Notes: a model not told the origin generated them from the sequence alone. A DNA stretch of 64,000 bases from an uncultured Clostridia bacterium (GCA_944391855.1 CALXVB010000002.1:14041-78040), one strand, 5' to 3'; shown: positions 1 to 10,972, numbered from the stretch's first letter. Program-made: numbers and translations.

Positions 1-11
1 CGTTTATTACA

Positions 12-917
12 ATGCTTTTGATAGGAATATTAGTATATAATAAAATAGATGAAAAGTACAAAGATTTTTATATAACTAGTGTTATCCTAGGCCTTATTTC
101 AGTTTTTATGTGTACTATTTATTTTCCTTGGAGATTTATGCCAGACTTTATGTGCACACTTCAATATCCATGGAGATTGTTAGGACTTGCATATTTCTTT
201 TTAGTTCCAGTGTGCGCCATGAATGTATACTACTTATTGAAAGGAATAAACAAGAATTGGTTAAAGAGATTAATATATGCTATAGTTATTGCCATAATAT
301 GTGTATTTACTATTATGGAACTAAACCAATACCCTGTAGATGATACAAGTCAGGATAAAGAATATGAAGATTCTATTTATGCTAACCCACAAATACATTA
401 CTATTCTATTAATAGAGATAACATGCCTGTAAAAGCATTATATGAGCAAGGAGGTTATTGTTTAGATAGGGAAGACAATGTGGTAGTAACACAAGGAAAT
501 GTGGATATTATTTCTGAAACAAAAGAAGCATTCCACATGGAAATAGAGATAGAAAATGGAGAAAAAGATACTATTCTTGAATTACCGTTTTTATTCTATC
601 CTGGATATAGAATAATACTTGAAAATGATGGAAAGCAAACAGAGATAGAATATGTAGAATCTGAAAATGGATTTATCCAAATTACTTTACCAGAAAATGT
701 ACAAAATGGAAAAATAATTACAGATTATACAGCTACTATCTTAGAGAAAGCTGCTTATGCAGTTTCAGGAGTAGGATTAATACTATTTTGTATATATGTA
801 GTTTTTTACAGAAAGAAAGTAAAAAAAGTTGAAGATGAAATAGAAAAGATTGATAATACGGCAAAAAACAACTTAAATGAAGATGAAAGTAATAAAGAGG
901 AGATAAATGAAAACTAA
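12..917 (+). CDS. polytopic membrane protein, 5'-partial (frame open to window start); tandem paralog of the next gene
   Basis: The frame is open to nt 1. Its C-terminal ~75 aa (ELPFLFYPGYRI..GFIQITL..TM) is homologous to the C-terminus of 907..2640 (ELPYIYYLGYNI..GFVAINL..TM). Confidence 0.5.
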   Translation: MLLIGILVYNKIDEKYKDFYITSVILGLISVFMCTIYFPWRFMPDFMCTLQYPWRLLGLAYFFLVPVCAMNVYYLLKGINKNWLKRLIYAIVIAIICVFTIMELNQYPVDDTSQDKEYEDSIYANPQIHYYSINRDNMPVKALYEQGGYCLDREDNVVVTQGNVDIISETKEAFHMEIEIENGEKDTILELPFLFYPGYRIILENDGKQTEIEYVESENGFIQITLPENVQNGKIITDYTATILEKAAYAVSGVGLILFCIYVVFYRKKVKKVEDEIEKIDNTAKNNLNEDESNKEEINEN

Positions 918-2640
918 GTTTAAAACAAAATTAATAGATTATGGAATTATATTAATTTTTGCAATTATTGCTTCGATTCCATTGTTAAACCAAGATTTTA
1001 ATATATATGGTGATGATGGAATCCAGCACATTGCAAGACTTATGGGAACTACGCAAAGCATAGAAAAAGAGCAAATTATTCCTGTTATAATGTCAAACTT
1101 TTGTAATGGTTTTGGATATTCATGGAATATATTTTATAGCCCTCTTACAGCGTTTCTTCCATTAATATTTAGTATATTTACAAATTCATTTGAACTAATA
1201 TTAAAACTATTCATTATATTAGTAGCTTTTCTATCTGGAATCTCAATGTATGAATTTGTAAATAAAATAAGCAAAAATAGATATGCTGGACTAATGTCAG
1301 CAATGGTTTATGTATTTGCACCATACAGGCTAACAGATACATATTTAAGAGTCGCTATATCAGAGCTCACTTCATTTATATTTCTTCCTATTGTATTTCA
1401 TGGAATGTATAATATATTTAATAGTGAAGAAAGAAGCGTAAAAAAAAGCTTGCTACTTACTTTAGGTGCAGCAGGGTTCATAATAACACAATCTGTTATT
1501 GCAATGTATACAGCTATATTTTGCTTGATTTATCTGTTAATAAATATAAAAGAACTAAAAAATAAGCAAGTACTAAAAATGCTTGGAATAAATATAATAC
1601 TGATACTACTTTTAACAAGTTTTCATACAGTTCCGCTTCTAGAACATAAAGTTACTACAGATTATGAAGTATTTAAACCCGGTAGAATGGAAAGAACCGA
1701 TAGCTTAATACAAAATAAATTAGACCCATTAGAACTAATATATACAGCACCAAATCATTTTTGTTTTGAAATAGGATTAGTAAGTATTATTGGATTAGTA
1801 TTAACAATACTAGCACATAAAAAAGTAGAAAAAAGTACAAAGAAATTTTATTGGTTTGCATTAGTATCTGGAATAGTATGTGTAATAATGTCCCTTAACT
1901 TCTTCCCATTTGAAAAGTTACCAGCAATATTAAAAATGTTACAATTTACATTTAGATTATTAGAATTTTCATCATTTTTCTTCGCTGTTTTTGCAGGAAT
2001 AAATTATGCTTTAGTAATTAAAAACTTTAAAATAAGAGACATATTAGTTTTATGTGCTGTTACAATATTATTACTTATGCCTGCATATAACAACTGTGTG
2101 GGATTTGGAAAGATATGGTCAGAAGATAAATTATGGCCAGCGGTAGAAGTAAACGAAAATACAGGAAGAGTACATGCCGGCTGTGCTACATTTGAATATT
2201 TACCAAGTAAGGCATATAATAATATAGACTATATAAAGACAAGAGAGAATAAAGTATATATATTATCAGGAGAGGCTAACATAAGAAATGAAGTAAAAAA
2301 TGGAACTAATATGGTATTTAATGTATCTGAGGTAGAGGAAAATACAGTGCTAGAGTTGCCATATATATACTATTTAGGGTATAATATAGAAGTGAGAATT
2401 GACGGACAAATAACAAAACTTGAAGAATTCGAATCAGACAATGGATTTGTAGCAATTAATTTAGGTAATATTACTGAAGGAGAAATTATTGTAAAATACA
2501 CAGGAACTACTTTAATGCAAATATCATATATAGTGTCTATTGTAACATTTTTGGGTTTAGTAATTTGTCTAATAGTTATAACAGTTAAAAATCATATAAA
2601 TCATAAAAATATTAAAAGCGATAACATAGATAACTTATAA
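907..2640 (+). CDS. large polytopic membrane protein, YfhO/GT-C-like (function uncertain)
   Basis: 577 aa with more than 10 hydrophobic segments. Its ATG overlaps the upstream stop (ATGAAAACTAAG). It shares the C-terminal domain with 12..917. Confidence 0.5.
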   Translation: MKTKFKTKLIDYGIILIFAIIASIPLLNQDFNIYGDDGIQHIARLMGTTQSIEKEQIIPVIMSNFCNGFGYSWNIFYSPLTAFLPLIFSIFTNSFELILKLFIILVAFLSGISMYEFVNKISKNRYAGLMSAMVYVFAPYRLTDTYLRVAISELTSFIFLPIVFHGMYNIFNSEERSVKKSLLLTLGAAGFIITQSVIAMYTAIFCLIYLLINIKELKNKQVLKMLGINIILILLLTSFHTVPLLEHKVTTDYEVFKPGRMERTDSLIQNKLDPLELIYTAPNHFCFEIGLVSIIGLVLTILAHKKVEKSTKKFYWFALVSGIVCVIMSLNFFPFEKLPAILKMLQFTFRLLEFSSFFFAVFAGINYALVIKNFKIRDILVLCAVTILLLMPAYNNCVGFGKIWSEDKLWPAVEVNENTGRVHAGCATFEYLPSKAYNNIDYIKTRENKVYILSGEANIRNEVKNGTNMVFNVSEVEENTVLELPYIYYLGYNIEVRIDGQITKLEEFESDNGFVAINLGNITEGEIIVKYTGTTLMQISYIVSIVTFLGLVICLIVITVKNHINHKNIKSDNIDNL

Positions 2641-2713
2641 ATTACAAAAGAAGTTAATATAAAATAAAGTTAATATAAAAATTAAGATATAGAACTTAAA
2701 TTGGAGGTGCAAA

Positions 2714-4042
2714 ATGAGTAAACCAACAGTAGCAATAGTAGGAAGACCAAATGTAGGCAAATCAACATTTTTTAACTATCTAGCAGGTAAAAGAATATCA
2801 ATAGTAGAAGACACACCAGGGGTTACTCGTGACAGAGTTTATGCAGAAGCAAATTGGAGAGGAAGAAATTTTACTATTATAGATACAGGTGGAATAGAAC
2901 CAAAAGCAGATGATATAATTCTAGCTCAAATGAGAGAGCAGGCAGAACTTGCAATAAGATTGGCAGACGTAATTGTATTTGTAACAGATATTAAGCAAGG
3001 AGTTACTGCAGCAGATAGTGATATAGCTTTAATGCTAAAAAAATCTAAAAAGCCTATTATTTTAGTTTGCAATAAAGCAGACAATTACGGGAAAATGCCA
3101 GACGAAATATATGAATTCTATAATTTAGGACTTGGAGAACCATATAGAGTATCTGCTGCAAATGCAATAGGAATAGGTGACGTACTAGATGCAATATATG
3201 AAAAATTACCACCTATGGAAGATGGTGAATTAGAAGATGATACGATAAAAGTAGCAGTAATAGGAAAACCAAATGTAGGTAAATCTTCTTTAATAAATAA
3301 AATATTAGGAGAAAACAGGGTAATTGTAAGTAATATTGCAGGTACAACAAGAGATGCCATAGATTCAGAATTTGAAAATGAATTTGGAAAATATATATTT
3401 ATAGATACAGCAGGCATTAGAAGAAAAAGCAAAGTATCAGAAAATTTAGAAAAATATAGTGTACTTCGAAGCTTACTTGCAATAGAAAGAGCAGATGTAT
3501 GCCTACTTATGATAGATGCAAATGAAGGCGTCACAGAACAAGACACAAAAATTGCAGGAGAAGCTCATGAAGCAGGTAAAGGCATAATTATATTAGTAAA
3601 TAAATGGGATGAATATAAAAAAGAAAATGGCACATTAGAGCAATATCAAAAAGACGTATATAATAAGCTGTCATATTTATCATATGCACCAATCTTATTT
3701 ATATCTGCTAAAACAGGACAAAGAGTAAATAAATTATTTGAACTAATAAATAGTGTAGCAAGTCAAAATTCTTTAAGAGTTTCCACTTCAACATTAAATC
3801 AAGTCTTAAATGAAGCCATAGCAATAGTTCAACCACCAACAGACAAAGGAAAAAGATTAAGAATTTTTTACATGACACAAGCAAGCACAAAACCACCAAC
3901 ATTCGTAGTGTTTGTAAATGATAAGGATTTATTCCATTTCTCTTATGAAAGATATTTAGTAAATCAAATAAGGAAAGAATTTGGATTAGTTGGCACACCA
4001 ATTAGAATAATTGTAAGAGAAAAAAATGAAAAAGATATATAA
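2714..4042 (+). CDS. der: ribosome biogenesis GTPase Der (EngA)
   Basis: Two GTPase domains with GRPNVGKS and GKPNVGKS P-loops, DTAG and NKxD motifs. RBS GGAGGTG. Confidence 0.95.
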   Translation: MSKPTVAIVGRPNVGKSTFFNYLAGKRISIVEDTPGVTRDRVYAEANWRGRNFTIIDTGGIEPKADDIILAQMREQAELAIRLADVIVFVTDIKQGVTAADSDIALMLKKSKKPIILVCNKADNYGKMPDEIYEFYNLGLGEPYRVSAANAIGIGDVLDAIYEKLPPMEDGELEDDTIKVAVIGKPNVGKSSLINKILGENRVIVSNIAGTTRDAIDSEFENEFGKYIFIDTAGIRRKSKVSENLEKYSVLRSLLAIERADVCLLMIDANEGVTEQDTKIAGEAHEAGKGIIILVNKWDEYKKENGTLEQYQKDVYNKLSYLSYAPILFISAKTGQRVNKLFELINSVASQNSLRVSTSTLNQVLNEAIAIVQPPTDKGKRLRIFYMTQASTKPPTFVVFVNDKDLFHFSYERYLVNQIRKEFGLVGTPIRIIVREKNEKDI

Positions 4043-4166
4043 AAACTATTTTCAAAAAGAAGATTAAAGTATATAATAGCTTCAGAAACATTAAAACAAC
4101 AAAGCATAAATAATAATTGTAATAATTTTAAATAAAAAATTAATTAAAGAAAGGAAATAAAAAATT

Positions 4167-4796
4167 ATGGTAGAAAGTGCAATAATAGCAATAGTAGCCT
4201 ACCTGATTGGTAGTATTAATTTTTCAGTAATATTAAGTAAAAAAATGGCTGGATTTGACGTAAGAGAAAAAGGAAGTGGAAATGCTGGAACGACCAATAT
4301 GTTAAGATCTGTTGGAAAAAAAGCAGCAGCAATAACCTTAGTATGCGATATATTAAAAGGAGTTATTGCAATACTTATAGCAATGTTAATGAATAAAATT
4401 TTCAAAGATTCAAATGGTGCTTTATTAGTACAAATAGCAGGTGTTGCAGTAATACTTGGACATACATTTCCAATTTTCTTTAAATTTAAAGGAGGAAAAG
4501 GTGTTGCAACTTCACTTGGAGTATTAATAATGTCAAACTGGCAAATCGGATTAATATGTTTAGTATTTGCCCTTATATTAATTATTCTTACTCAAATGGT
4601 TTCAGTAGGTTCAATAGCAGCTGCAATACTATATCCAGTACTTACATTATTCATACCACAAAACTATATTATACCAGGTAATTATATAATATATAGTGTG
4701 ATTTTAGCAGTAATTATAGTATTTAATCACAGAGAGAATGTTAAGAGACTATTATCTGGAACTGAGAACAGAATAAGTTTTAAAGGAACAAAATAA
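4167..4796 (+). CDS. plsY: glycerol-3-phosphate acyltransferase PlsY
   Basis: N-terminus IGSINFSVILSK..GSGNAGTTN is the PlsY signature; ~6 TM segments. Confidence 0.9.
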   Translation: MVESAIIAIVAYLIGSINFSVILSKKMAGFDVREKGSGNAGTTNMLRSVGKKAAAITLVCDILKGVIAILIAMLMNKIFKDSNGALLVQIAGVAVILGHTFPIFFKFKGGKGVATSLGVLIMSNWQIGLICLVFALILIILTQMVSVGSIAAAILYPVLTLFIPQNYIIPGNYIIYSVILAVIIVFNHRENVKRLLSGTENRISFKGTK

Positions 4797-4847
4797 TTTA
4801 CAAAAGGGGACGGGCTTGTTTTGTAAAAAATATTTTAGGAGGTATTT

Positions 4848-5831
4848 ATGAAGAAAATATGTGTTATAGGTAGTGGAAGCTGGGGGGCAGCTTTATCAAT
4901 ACATGCAGCAAAAATGGGACATGAAGTAAGGTTATGGTCTTTTAGTAAAGATGAAGCAGAGTTAATTAATAAAGAACATAAATGCAAATTCTTACCAATG
5001 GCAACAATGCCAGAGAATATAATTTGCACAACTGACATAGAAGAGGCTGTTAAAGGAAGTGACATGATATTACATGTTACTCCATCAAAATTTACAAGAG
5101 ATACAATAAAAAAGTATAAAATGTATGTAGAAAATCAACCAATCATTCTATGCTCAAAAGGTTTTGAAGCATCAACACTATATACTCTTAATGAAGTTGT
5201 ACATGAAGAATTGCCTAAAGCTAAAATAGGAGTGTTTACAGGACCAAGCCATGCAGAAGAAGTATCTTTAGGAATACCAACAGCTATAGTAATTGCTTCA
5301 CAAAGCTTAGATGTACAATATTTAGTACAAGATACTCTAATGAACGAGAATATGAGAATATATACAAGTTCTGACGTAAAGGGTGCAGAACTTGGAGGTG
5401 CACTAAAAAATATAATAGCATTCTGTGCTGGAATAGTAGCAGAACTAAATATGGGAGATAATACTTTTGCAGCATTAATAACAAGAGGATTAACTGAAAT
5501 TTCTCGTTTGGGTGTTGCATTAGGAGGAAACCACAATACATTCTATGGATTATCTGGTTTAGGAGATTTAATTGTTACATGTTTAAGTGAACATAGTAGA
5601 AATAGAAGAGCAGGCAGATGCATAGGTAGAGGACTTACAATAGAAGAAACCAAAAAAGAAATAGGGATGACGATTGAAAGTATAGATAATATAGAGGTAG
5701 CATATAAATTAGCACAAAAATACAACATAGAAATGCCTATTGTAAATACAGTATATGACGTTTTATACAATGGTTTAAAACCACGTGAAGCAGTGATTAA
5801 GCTTATGACACGTGATAAAAAATGTGAATAA
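4848..5831 (+). CDS. gpsA: NAD(P)H-dependent glycerol-3-phosphate dehydrogenase
   Basis: GSGSWGAALS Rossmann motif and GpsA-wide similarity; conserved der-plsY-gpsA order. Confidence 0.95.
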   Translation: MKKICVIGSGSWGAALSIHAAKMGHEVRLWSFSKDEAELINKEHKCKFLPMATMPENIICTTDIEEAVKGSDMILHVTPSKFTRDTIKKYKMYVENQPIILCSKGFEASTLYTLNEVVHEELPKAKIGVFTGPSHAEEVSLGIPTAIVIASQSLDVQYLVQDTLMNENMRIYTSSDVKGAELGGALKNIIAFCAGIVAELNMGDNTFAALITRGLTEISRLGVALGGNHNTFYGLSGLGDLIVTCLSEHSRNRRAGRCIGRGLTIEETKKEIGMTIESIDNIEVAYKLAQKYNIEMPIVNTVYDVLYNGLKPREAVIKLMTRDKKCE

Positions 5832-5837
5832 TATTTT

Positions 5838-6140
5838 TTAATATGGGTATCTTTCATAAATATATCTGATAACATTATCTGCATTATTATCATTTATATT
5901 TATAAAAATACCGGAATCTAAACTAATCCACATATTAATCGAATATTTATCATTATTATCAATAAAAGTACCAATAATTTCTGTGATTTCTACAGGATTT
6001 TGGTACTTTTTTTCCCATTCTAATAAATTCATAAATTCGTTTTTCTTGCTATTTAAATTAAAAAAACTATTTAAAAATTTACTAATTTCATCTCTTTTAT
6101 TACTATATAATCTCACTATAACTTCCATAAACAACCTCAA
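5838..6140 (-). CDS. hypothetical protein
   Basis: 100-aa ORF convergent on gpsA; no recognisable motif. Confidence 0.35.
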   Translation of the reverse strand: MRLFMEVIVRLYSNKRDEISKFLNSFFNLNSKKNEFMNLLEWEKKYQNPVEITEIIGTFIDNNDKYSINMWISLDSGIFININDNNADNVIRYIYERYPY

Positions 6141-6285
6141 TTAAAATATATTATTATTATATATAAATAAAAAATAAAAATACTAGAGAATAAAAGGAAA
6201 TTTTTTGGTAATAATATAAAATGATATATGAAGATATTTAAAAATAAAAATATTAAATACAAAAAGAGGAATTAAAGAGGAATTT

Positions 6286-7185
6286 ATGAAAAAATATATT
6301 ATTACTATATTAACATTATTTTTTTTAATTATACTATCGATAACTGGATACTTTGTATATGGAAGTATAAAAGAAAATGAAGCAAATAGTATAGACACTT
6401 TAAAAGAAAAATGTAAAACAGAAATAGAATATGTAGGAGATAATATTATTCTAATAATGAATGAATTAAATAATATATCAAATACTAACACACAGATAGT
6501 AAGTGAAGAAATAGAAGCAAATAGTAGTTCAAATCAAAATAGTTCGGGCGAAGGCAGTGAAAGTAAAGAAGAAAAATCAAATAACCAAAATCAGAGTAGT
6601 GAAAATCAGAAAGATACAATAACATTAAATAATATATCATCTACTAGTATTTTAGAAAAAGACAATATAGACAAAGTAAATTGGGATAGTATTGAGATAA
6701 AAGTGCAAGATATATATTCAGCATGGACTAGCATAATGATAGACTTAAGTGCATTAAATGTAAATAAAGACAATTTATTGGAATTTAACAATAATTTAGA
6801 TAGAATTTCTAAAAGTATAGAAGACAAAAATAAAGCAGAAGCATTAATAAATTCAGCAGAATTATATAATCTACTTACAAAATATGCTAATGAATTTTAT
6901 ACTGATAAAAATGAAGTTTCTTTATTAAATGTAGAATCTTCCATTCTATATTCATATGCAGAGATTGAAAGAGATAATTGGGGTGAAGCAGGAAATTATA
7001 TAACTAAAGCTAAAAATGAATTTTCAAATGTGCTTAATAACCAAATAAACAATATAAATAAAATAGACATCATTAATAAGGCATACGTACTTATTAATGA
7101 ATTAGAAGAAGATTGTAATAATAATGAAAGAAAAATATTTTTAATAAATTATTCAAACTTAATACAAGAATTACAAAATATATAG
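6286..7185 (+). CDS. hypothetical membrane-anchored/secreted protein
   Basis: N-terminal TM/signal segment (IITILTLFFLIILSITGYFVYG), S/N/E-rich low-complexity segment, RBS AAGAGGAA. Confidence 0.6.
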   Translation: MKKYIITILTLFFLIILSITGYFVYGSIKENEANSIDTLKEKCKTEIEYVGDNIILIMNELNNISNTNTQIVSEEIEANSSSNQNSSGEGSESKEEKSNNQNQSSENQKDTITLNNISSTSILEKDNIDKVNWDSIEIKVQDIYSAWTSIMIDLSALNVNKDNLLEFNNNLDRISKSIEDKNKAEALINSAELYNLLTKYANEFYTDKNEVSLLNVESSILYSYAEIERDNWGEAGNYITKAKNEFSNVLNNQINNINKIDIINKAYVLINELEEDCNNNERKIFLINYSNLIQELQNI

Positions 7186-7292
7186 TATGTGAACTTACAA
7201 AATATATGTTATATAACTGCATACAGTAAAAAAGTAAAAATTTTTCGCAATATATAACGTTTGACTATACATTAAAAATATAGTAAAATAAT

Positions 7293-7647
7293 AGAGGAGT
7301 AAACCGAATAGTCGCGTATAGCAAAGTCGAAAGACTGCGTACGAGGAAAGTCCGGGCCCTATAGAGCAATGATGCTGGATAACGTCCAGTGAGGGTAACC
7401 TTAAGGAAAGTGCAACAGAAAACAACCGCTAGACTCGAGTCTAGTAAGGATGAAAAGGTGAGGTAAGAGCTCACCACTAATATGGTGACATATTAGGTTA
7501 GTGTAAACCCCATCAAGGGCAACACCGAGTAAAGAAGGTTAATGGCTGCTCGTCAGTCTTCTTGTATTGGTGGCATGATGCATATAGCAATATATGTACT
7601 AGATAGATGACTATTCAAGACAGAACCCGGCTTATAGATTTACTTTT
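7293..7647 (+). ncRNA. rnpB: RNase P RNA (type B)
   Basis: Universal P4 motif GAGGAAAGTCCGGGC, ..AAGGGCAACACCG.., 3' ACAGAACCCGGCTTA, ends that can pair as P1, followed by a terminator. Confidence 0.85.
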
Positions 7648-7665
7648 TACATTTATTACAATAAA

Positions 7666-7713
7666 CCAAGTGTGGACAAGAGGGACACTCCTTTTCGTCC
7701 ACACTTGGTTTTG
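7666..7713 (+). terminator. rho-independent terminator of rnpB
   Basis: 12-bp stem CCAAGTGTGGAC/GTCCACACTTGG followed by TTTTG. Confidence 0.8.
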
Positions 7714-7795
7714 ATTGTTAATTTTATGTTTTCCCTTTATATTTAAGGAAAAATATTATATAATAAATATAATTCTAAATGAAGGGGGGACAAAA

Positions 7796-8482
7796 TTGAA
7801 TAAAAGAATAATTTCTTTTATTTACCGGTTGTTAGTTATAGCTAGCTTATCTACAGGGATTATACTTAATGTTGTACAAACGACATCTGTAAGTGCAATT
7901 TTGTCATATTATACTTTACAGAGTAATATAATATGTTTAGTTGCATTTGTTAGTTTTGTAATAATATCTGGTATAAATAAGCGATATCAAGATAGTGATA
8001 TATATCATCTAATAAAAGGTGGTATTACAATTGTAATTGCTATCACAGGGATTGTGTATACTATAGCGTTGATGCCAGTTGGATTTGAAATGGATATAAT
8101 AAGAATTAACACTGAAAGGGTTAGCAAATTTCTATCTAATTTTTTAGTTCATCAGGTCTCTCCGATACTAGTGATCTTAGACTACTTTATCTTTGACTGT
8201 AAAGGAAAATATAAGCTATACTACCCAGCTATTTGGCTGTTTATTCCTTTAAACTATTTGAACTATGTATATACATACAGCTCGAAAGGTGGCGAATTCT
8301 TTGGAGTTGGTGGCTCTCGAAAATTTGCATATTTCTTTTTGGACTATAATCAAATAGGCTATAAAGGGGTAGCTGAAGCTATAGTAATTATGATACTATT
8401 TATACTACTTATCTCATACCTTCTTATTCTTGTAGACAACAAGCTTGCAAAACCACGAAACCAAAAGCTAGAAAAAGGCTAG
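7796..8482 (+). CDS. integral membrane protein (Pr6Pr/FAR-17a-like?), probable TTG start
   Basis: GAAGGGGGGA RBS sits 6 nt before an in-frame TTG; ~6 TM helices. Confidence 0.5.
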   Translation: MNKRIISFIYRLLVIASLSTGIILNVVQTTSVSAILSYYTLQSNIICLVAFVSFVIISGINKRYQDSDIYHLIKGGITIVIAITGIVYTIALMPVGFEMDIIRINTERVSKFLSNFLVHQVSPILVILDYFIFDCKGKYKLYYPAIWLFIPLNYLNYVYTYSSKGGEFFGVGGSRKFAYFFLDYNQIGYKGVAEAIVIMILFILLISYLLILVDNKLAKPRNQKLEKG

Positions 8483-8613
8483 AGTAGGGTAATATTTTTA
8501 CCCTACTTATATATTTTTAACAAAAAAACGACAAAATATAATATTTTTCTTCACAATTAAATTTTTTATGCTATAATATTAACGATTATGTATATAAAAA
8601 GGCTGAGGGGCAG

Positions 8614-9990
8614 ATGGGAAAAACACAAAAAGGAAAAGTTTTAAACATTGTTGTTTTGATATGCATTGTAATAATATTCTTAATCTTTCTATTAACAAGA
8701 GTATTTATAAAAGATACATTTCAATATTCAACAATCATAAATGGAATAGATTGTTCGTTTTTAAATATAAAAGATGCAGAGAAAAAGCTAGAAAAAACTA
8801 TGAATAGCGCTACAATAACAATGCTATTTGCAGAAGATAAAAAATACACATGTTTAGGTGCATATTTTGATATAAGCATAGATAATCCAAATTCTTTAAG
8901 AGGAATATTATCAGAACAAAAAGATACAGGCAAAAATGAATATACTATGACAGATTTATACAAAGTAAATGAAGAAAAGGCAAAAAAATATTTAGCTTCT
9001 TTATCAGTTTTTGCAAATAATAATAGTAATAAAGAACCTATAAATGCGTATTTGGAATGGGACAGCGAACAGCAAGAATACTATATAGTTAAAGAAACAT
9101 ATGGAAATAAATTGACTATTGAAACAGCATATAACTATTTATTAAATTCTTTAAGAAATGGTAAAACAGTTATAGACTTTAGAGAAGTAACAGATATAAC
9201 TCCAGATATAACTGCAAATAGCTTAGAACTAAAAAAGCAAATGGAAAACATAAACTCTGTTCTTGATACCACAATAGAGTATGAGCTACATAATGGAGAG
9301 ACATATACATTAGATGCAAAAACAATGAAAGACTGGGTATCAAGAAACGATAAAGGAGAGTATAGTATTGATATAGAGAATAATGTTACTAAATTTGTAG
9401 ATAAACTTGCTAAAAAAGCTAAATACGAATTAACTTCTACAAAGTTTAACGCAACTGGATTAGGAACGATTTCTGTACCATTTGGAAGAGCTACATACGC
9501 TACGGTAAATACAGAAGAAGAAATAGAGAGATTAACCAAACAATTAGAAAGTAAAGAAAGTACAAAATTAGAAGTAATATACAATGATTTACCAGACTAT
9601 TTAAATATTAATACATATATAGAATTGGATTTATCAAGACAAAATGTGTGGATGTACGTAAATGGAGAATGTGTAGTAGACTCTCCTTGTGTAACAGGAA
9701 ATGTGGCTACAGGATATGCTACACCAGCTGGAATATATTATTTAACATACAAAGAAATGAATGCAACACTAGAAGGATATAATGCAGACGGAAGTACATA
9801 TTCATCTCCAGTAACATATTGGATGCCATTTAATGGAGGAATAGGTTTTCACGATGCAAGCTGGAGATACAGCTTTGGTGGAAACATATATATGACAAAT
9901 GGATCACATGGTTGTGTAAACTTGCCATATTGGGCCGCTTCTACAATATATAGCTATATAAATACTTCTATTCCAATAATCATATATTAA
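8614..9990 (+). CDS. L,D-transpeptidase (YkuD-domain) with N-terminal TM anchor
   Basis: C-terminal catalytic motif FHD..SHGCVNL; extended -10 TGCTATAAT upstream. Confidence 0.85.
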   Translation: MGKTQKGKVLNIVVLICIVIIFLIFLLTRVFIKDTFQYSTIINGIDCSFLNIKDAEKKLEKTMNSATITMLFAEDKKYTCLGAYFDISIDNPNSLRGILSEQKDTGKNEYTMTDLYKVNEEKAKKYLASLSVFANNNSNKEPINAYLEWDSEQQEYYIVKETYGNKLTIETAYNYLLNSLRNGKTVIDFREVTDITPDITANSLELKKQMENINSVLDTTIEYELHNGETYTLDAKTMKDWVSRNDKGEYSIDIENNVTKFVDKLAKKAKYELTSTKFNATGLGTISVPFGRATYATVNTEEEIERLTKQLESKESTKLEVIYNDLPDYLNINTYIELDLSRQNVWMYVNGECVVDSPCVTGNVATGYATPAGIYYLTYKEMNATLEGYNADGSTYSSPVTYWMPFNGGIGFHDASWRYSFGGNIYMTNGSHGCVNLPYWAASTIYSYINTSIPIIIY

Positions 9991-10075
9991 AAGTGGAACG
10001 AGGGGGCTTAAGACTCGTTCCGTTTTTGAAACAAGGAGACAGACATAAATTTAGTATTTGAAAGTGGGAGAAAAA

Positions 10076-10474
10076 ATGAAAACAATTTTAATAGTAGATG
10101 ATGAAAATGACATATTAGAGATTATATCAGAATATGCAAAACAAGAAGGGTATACTACTATACTTGCCAAAGACGGAGAGAGTGCATTAAAATCTTTTGA
10201 AGAAAATAGCATAGACCTTGTTGTTCTAGATATTATGTTGCCAGATTTTAATGGATATGAAGTGGCGGATAAAATAAGAAAAATAGAAAATGTACCAATA
10301 ATAATGCTATCTGCTAAAAGTCAAGAAGAGGATAAATTAAAAGGATTTGAACTTGGAATTGTGGACTATGTTACAAAACCGTTTAGCCCAAGAGAACTGA
10401 TGGCAAGAATAAAAGTAAATCTTAATAAAAGTTTAGAAAAAGAGCAAGATAGAGACAAATATAAAAGAAAGTAA
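10076..10474 (+). CDS. stand-alone response-regulator receiver domain (OmpR-family receiver lacking the DNA-binding domain)
   Basis: MKTILIVDDE..DLVVLDIMLPDFNG..IIMLSAK..YVTKPFSPREL; ends after the linker; no kinase nearby. Confidence 0.8.
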   Translation: MKTILIVDDENDILEIISEYAKQEGYTTILAKDGESALKSFEENSIDLVVLDIMLPDFNGYEVADKIRKIENVPIIMLSAKSQEEDKLKGFELGIVDYVTKPFSPRELMARIKVNLNKSLEKEQDRDKYKRK

Positions 10475-10488
10475 TACTTTACTTTCTT

Positions 10489-10797
10489 TTATTCTTTCCA
10501 TTGATGCTTTTTCAAATCCACATGAAATTCATCTTTAAATGTTACACCTTCTTTTTCTAGAAGTTTCTTTTGCTCTATCCAACCTGGTGTAATTCTACCA
10601 CTATGATTTACAACTCTATGGCATGGAAAATTCCCATACATAAATGACATTTTTAGAGCTCTGCCAACAAGTCTAGCATTTTTTTCTTTACCAATTAATC
10701 TTGCTATTTGTCCATAAGTTGCAACATAACCCTTAGGGATTTCTTCTACAACTGAATATATTAAATAAGATAAATCATCATCTAAAGTTAATTTCAT
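10489..10797 (-). CDS. MGMT-family protein (methylated-DNA-protein-cysteine methyltransferase DNA-binding domain, YbaZ-like)
   Basis: ATYGQIA..PCHRVV active-site-like motif. Confidence 0.8.
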   Translation of the reverse strand: MKLTLDDDLSYLIYSVVEEIPKGYVATYGQIARLIGKEKNARLVGRALKMSFMYGNFPCHRVVNHSGRITPGWIEQKKLLEKEGVTFKDEFHVDLKKHQWKE

Positions 10798-10972
10798 ATA
10801 TAATCACCAAAATTATTATATAATAGATTATAATATAATTCAAATATATCAGTATATTATATATATGCCTCAAAAGATACAATTTCTTGTATTTTTCACT
10901 AAAATATGGTATAACTAATTATATTGTTTGTATAAAAAAAGATATGAAAAATTAAAGTAAAGGAAAAATAAT

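Noticed and set aside
3118-4001. Minus-strand ORFs 3118..3546 and 3708..4001 inside der
   Set aside because: They are antisense to a highly conserved gene, have low-complexity S/L-rich translations and no RBS.
6183-6491. 102-aa minus-strand ORF overlapping the start of 6286..7185
   Set aside because: It overlaps the RBS and N-terminus of a better-supported gene and has a poly-I/F composition.
10798-10972. LexA (Cheo box GAAC-N4-GTTC) operators upstream of uvrB and uvrA (13540-13815)
   Set aside because: No match was seen by eye in either upstream region.
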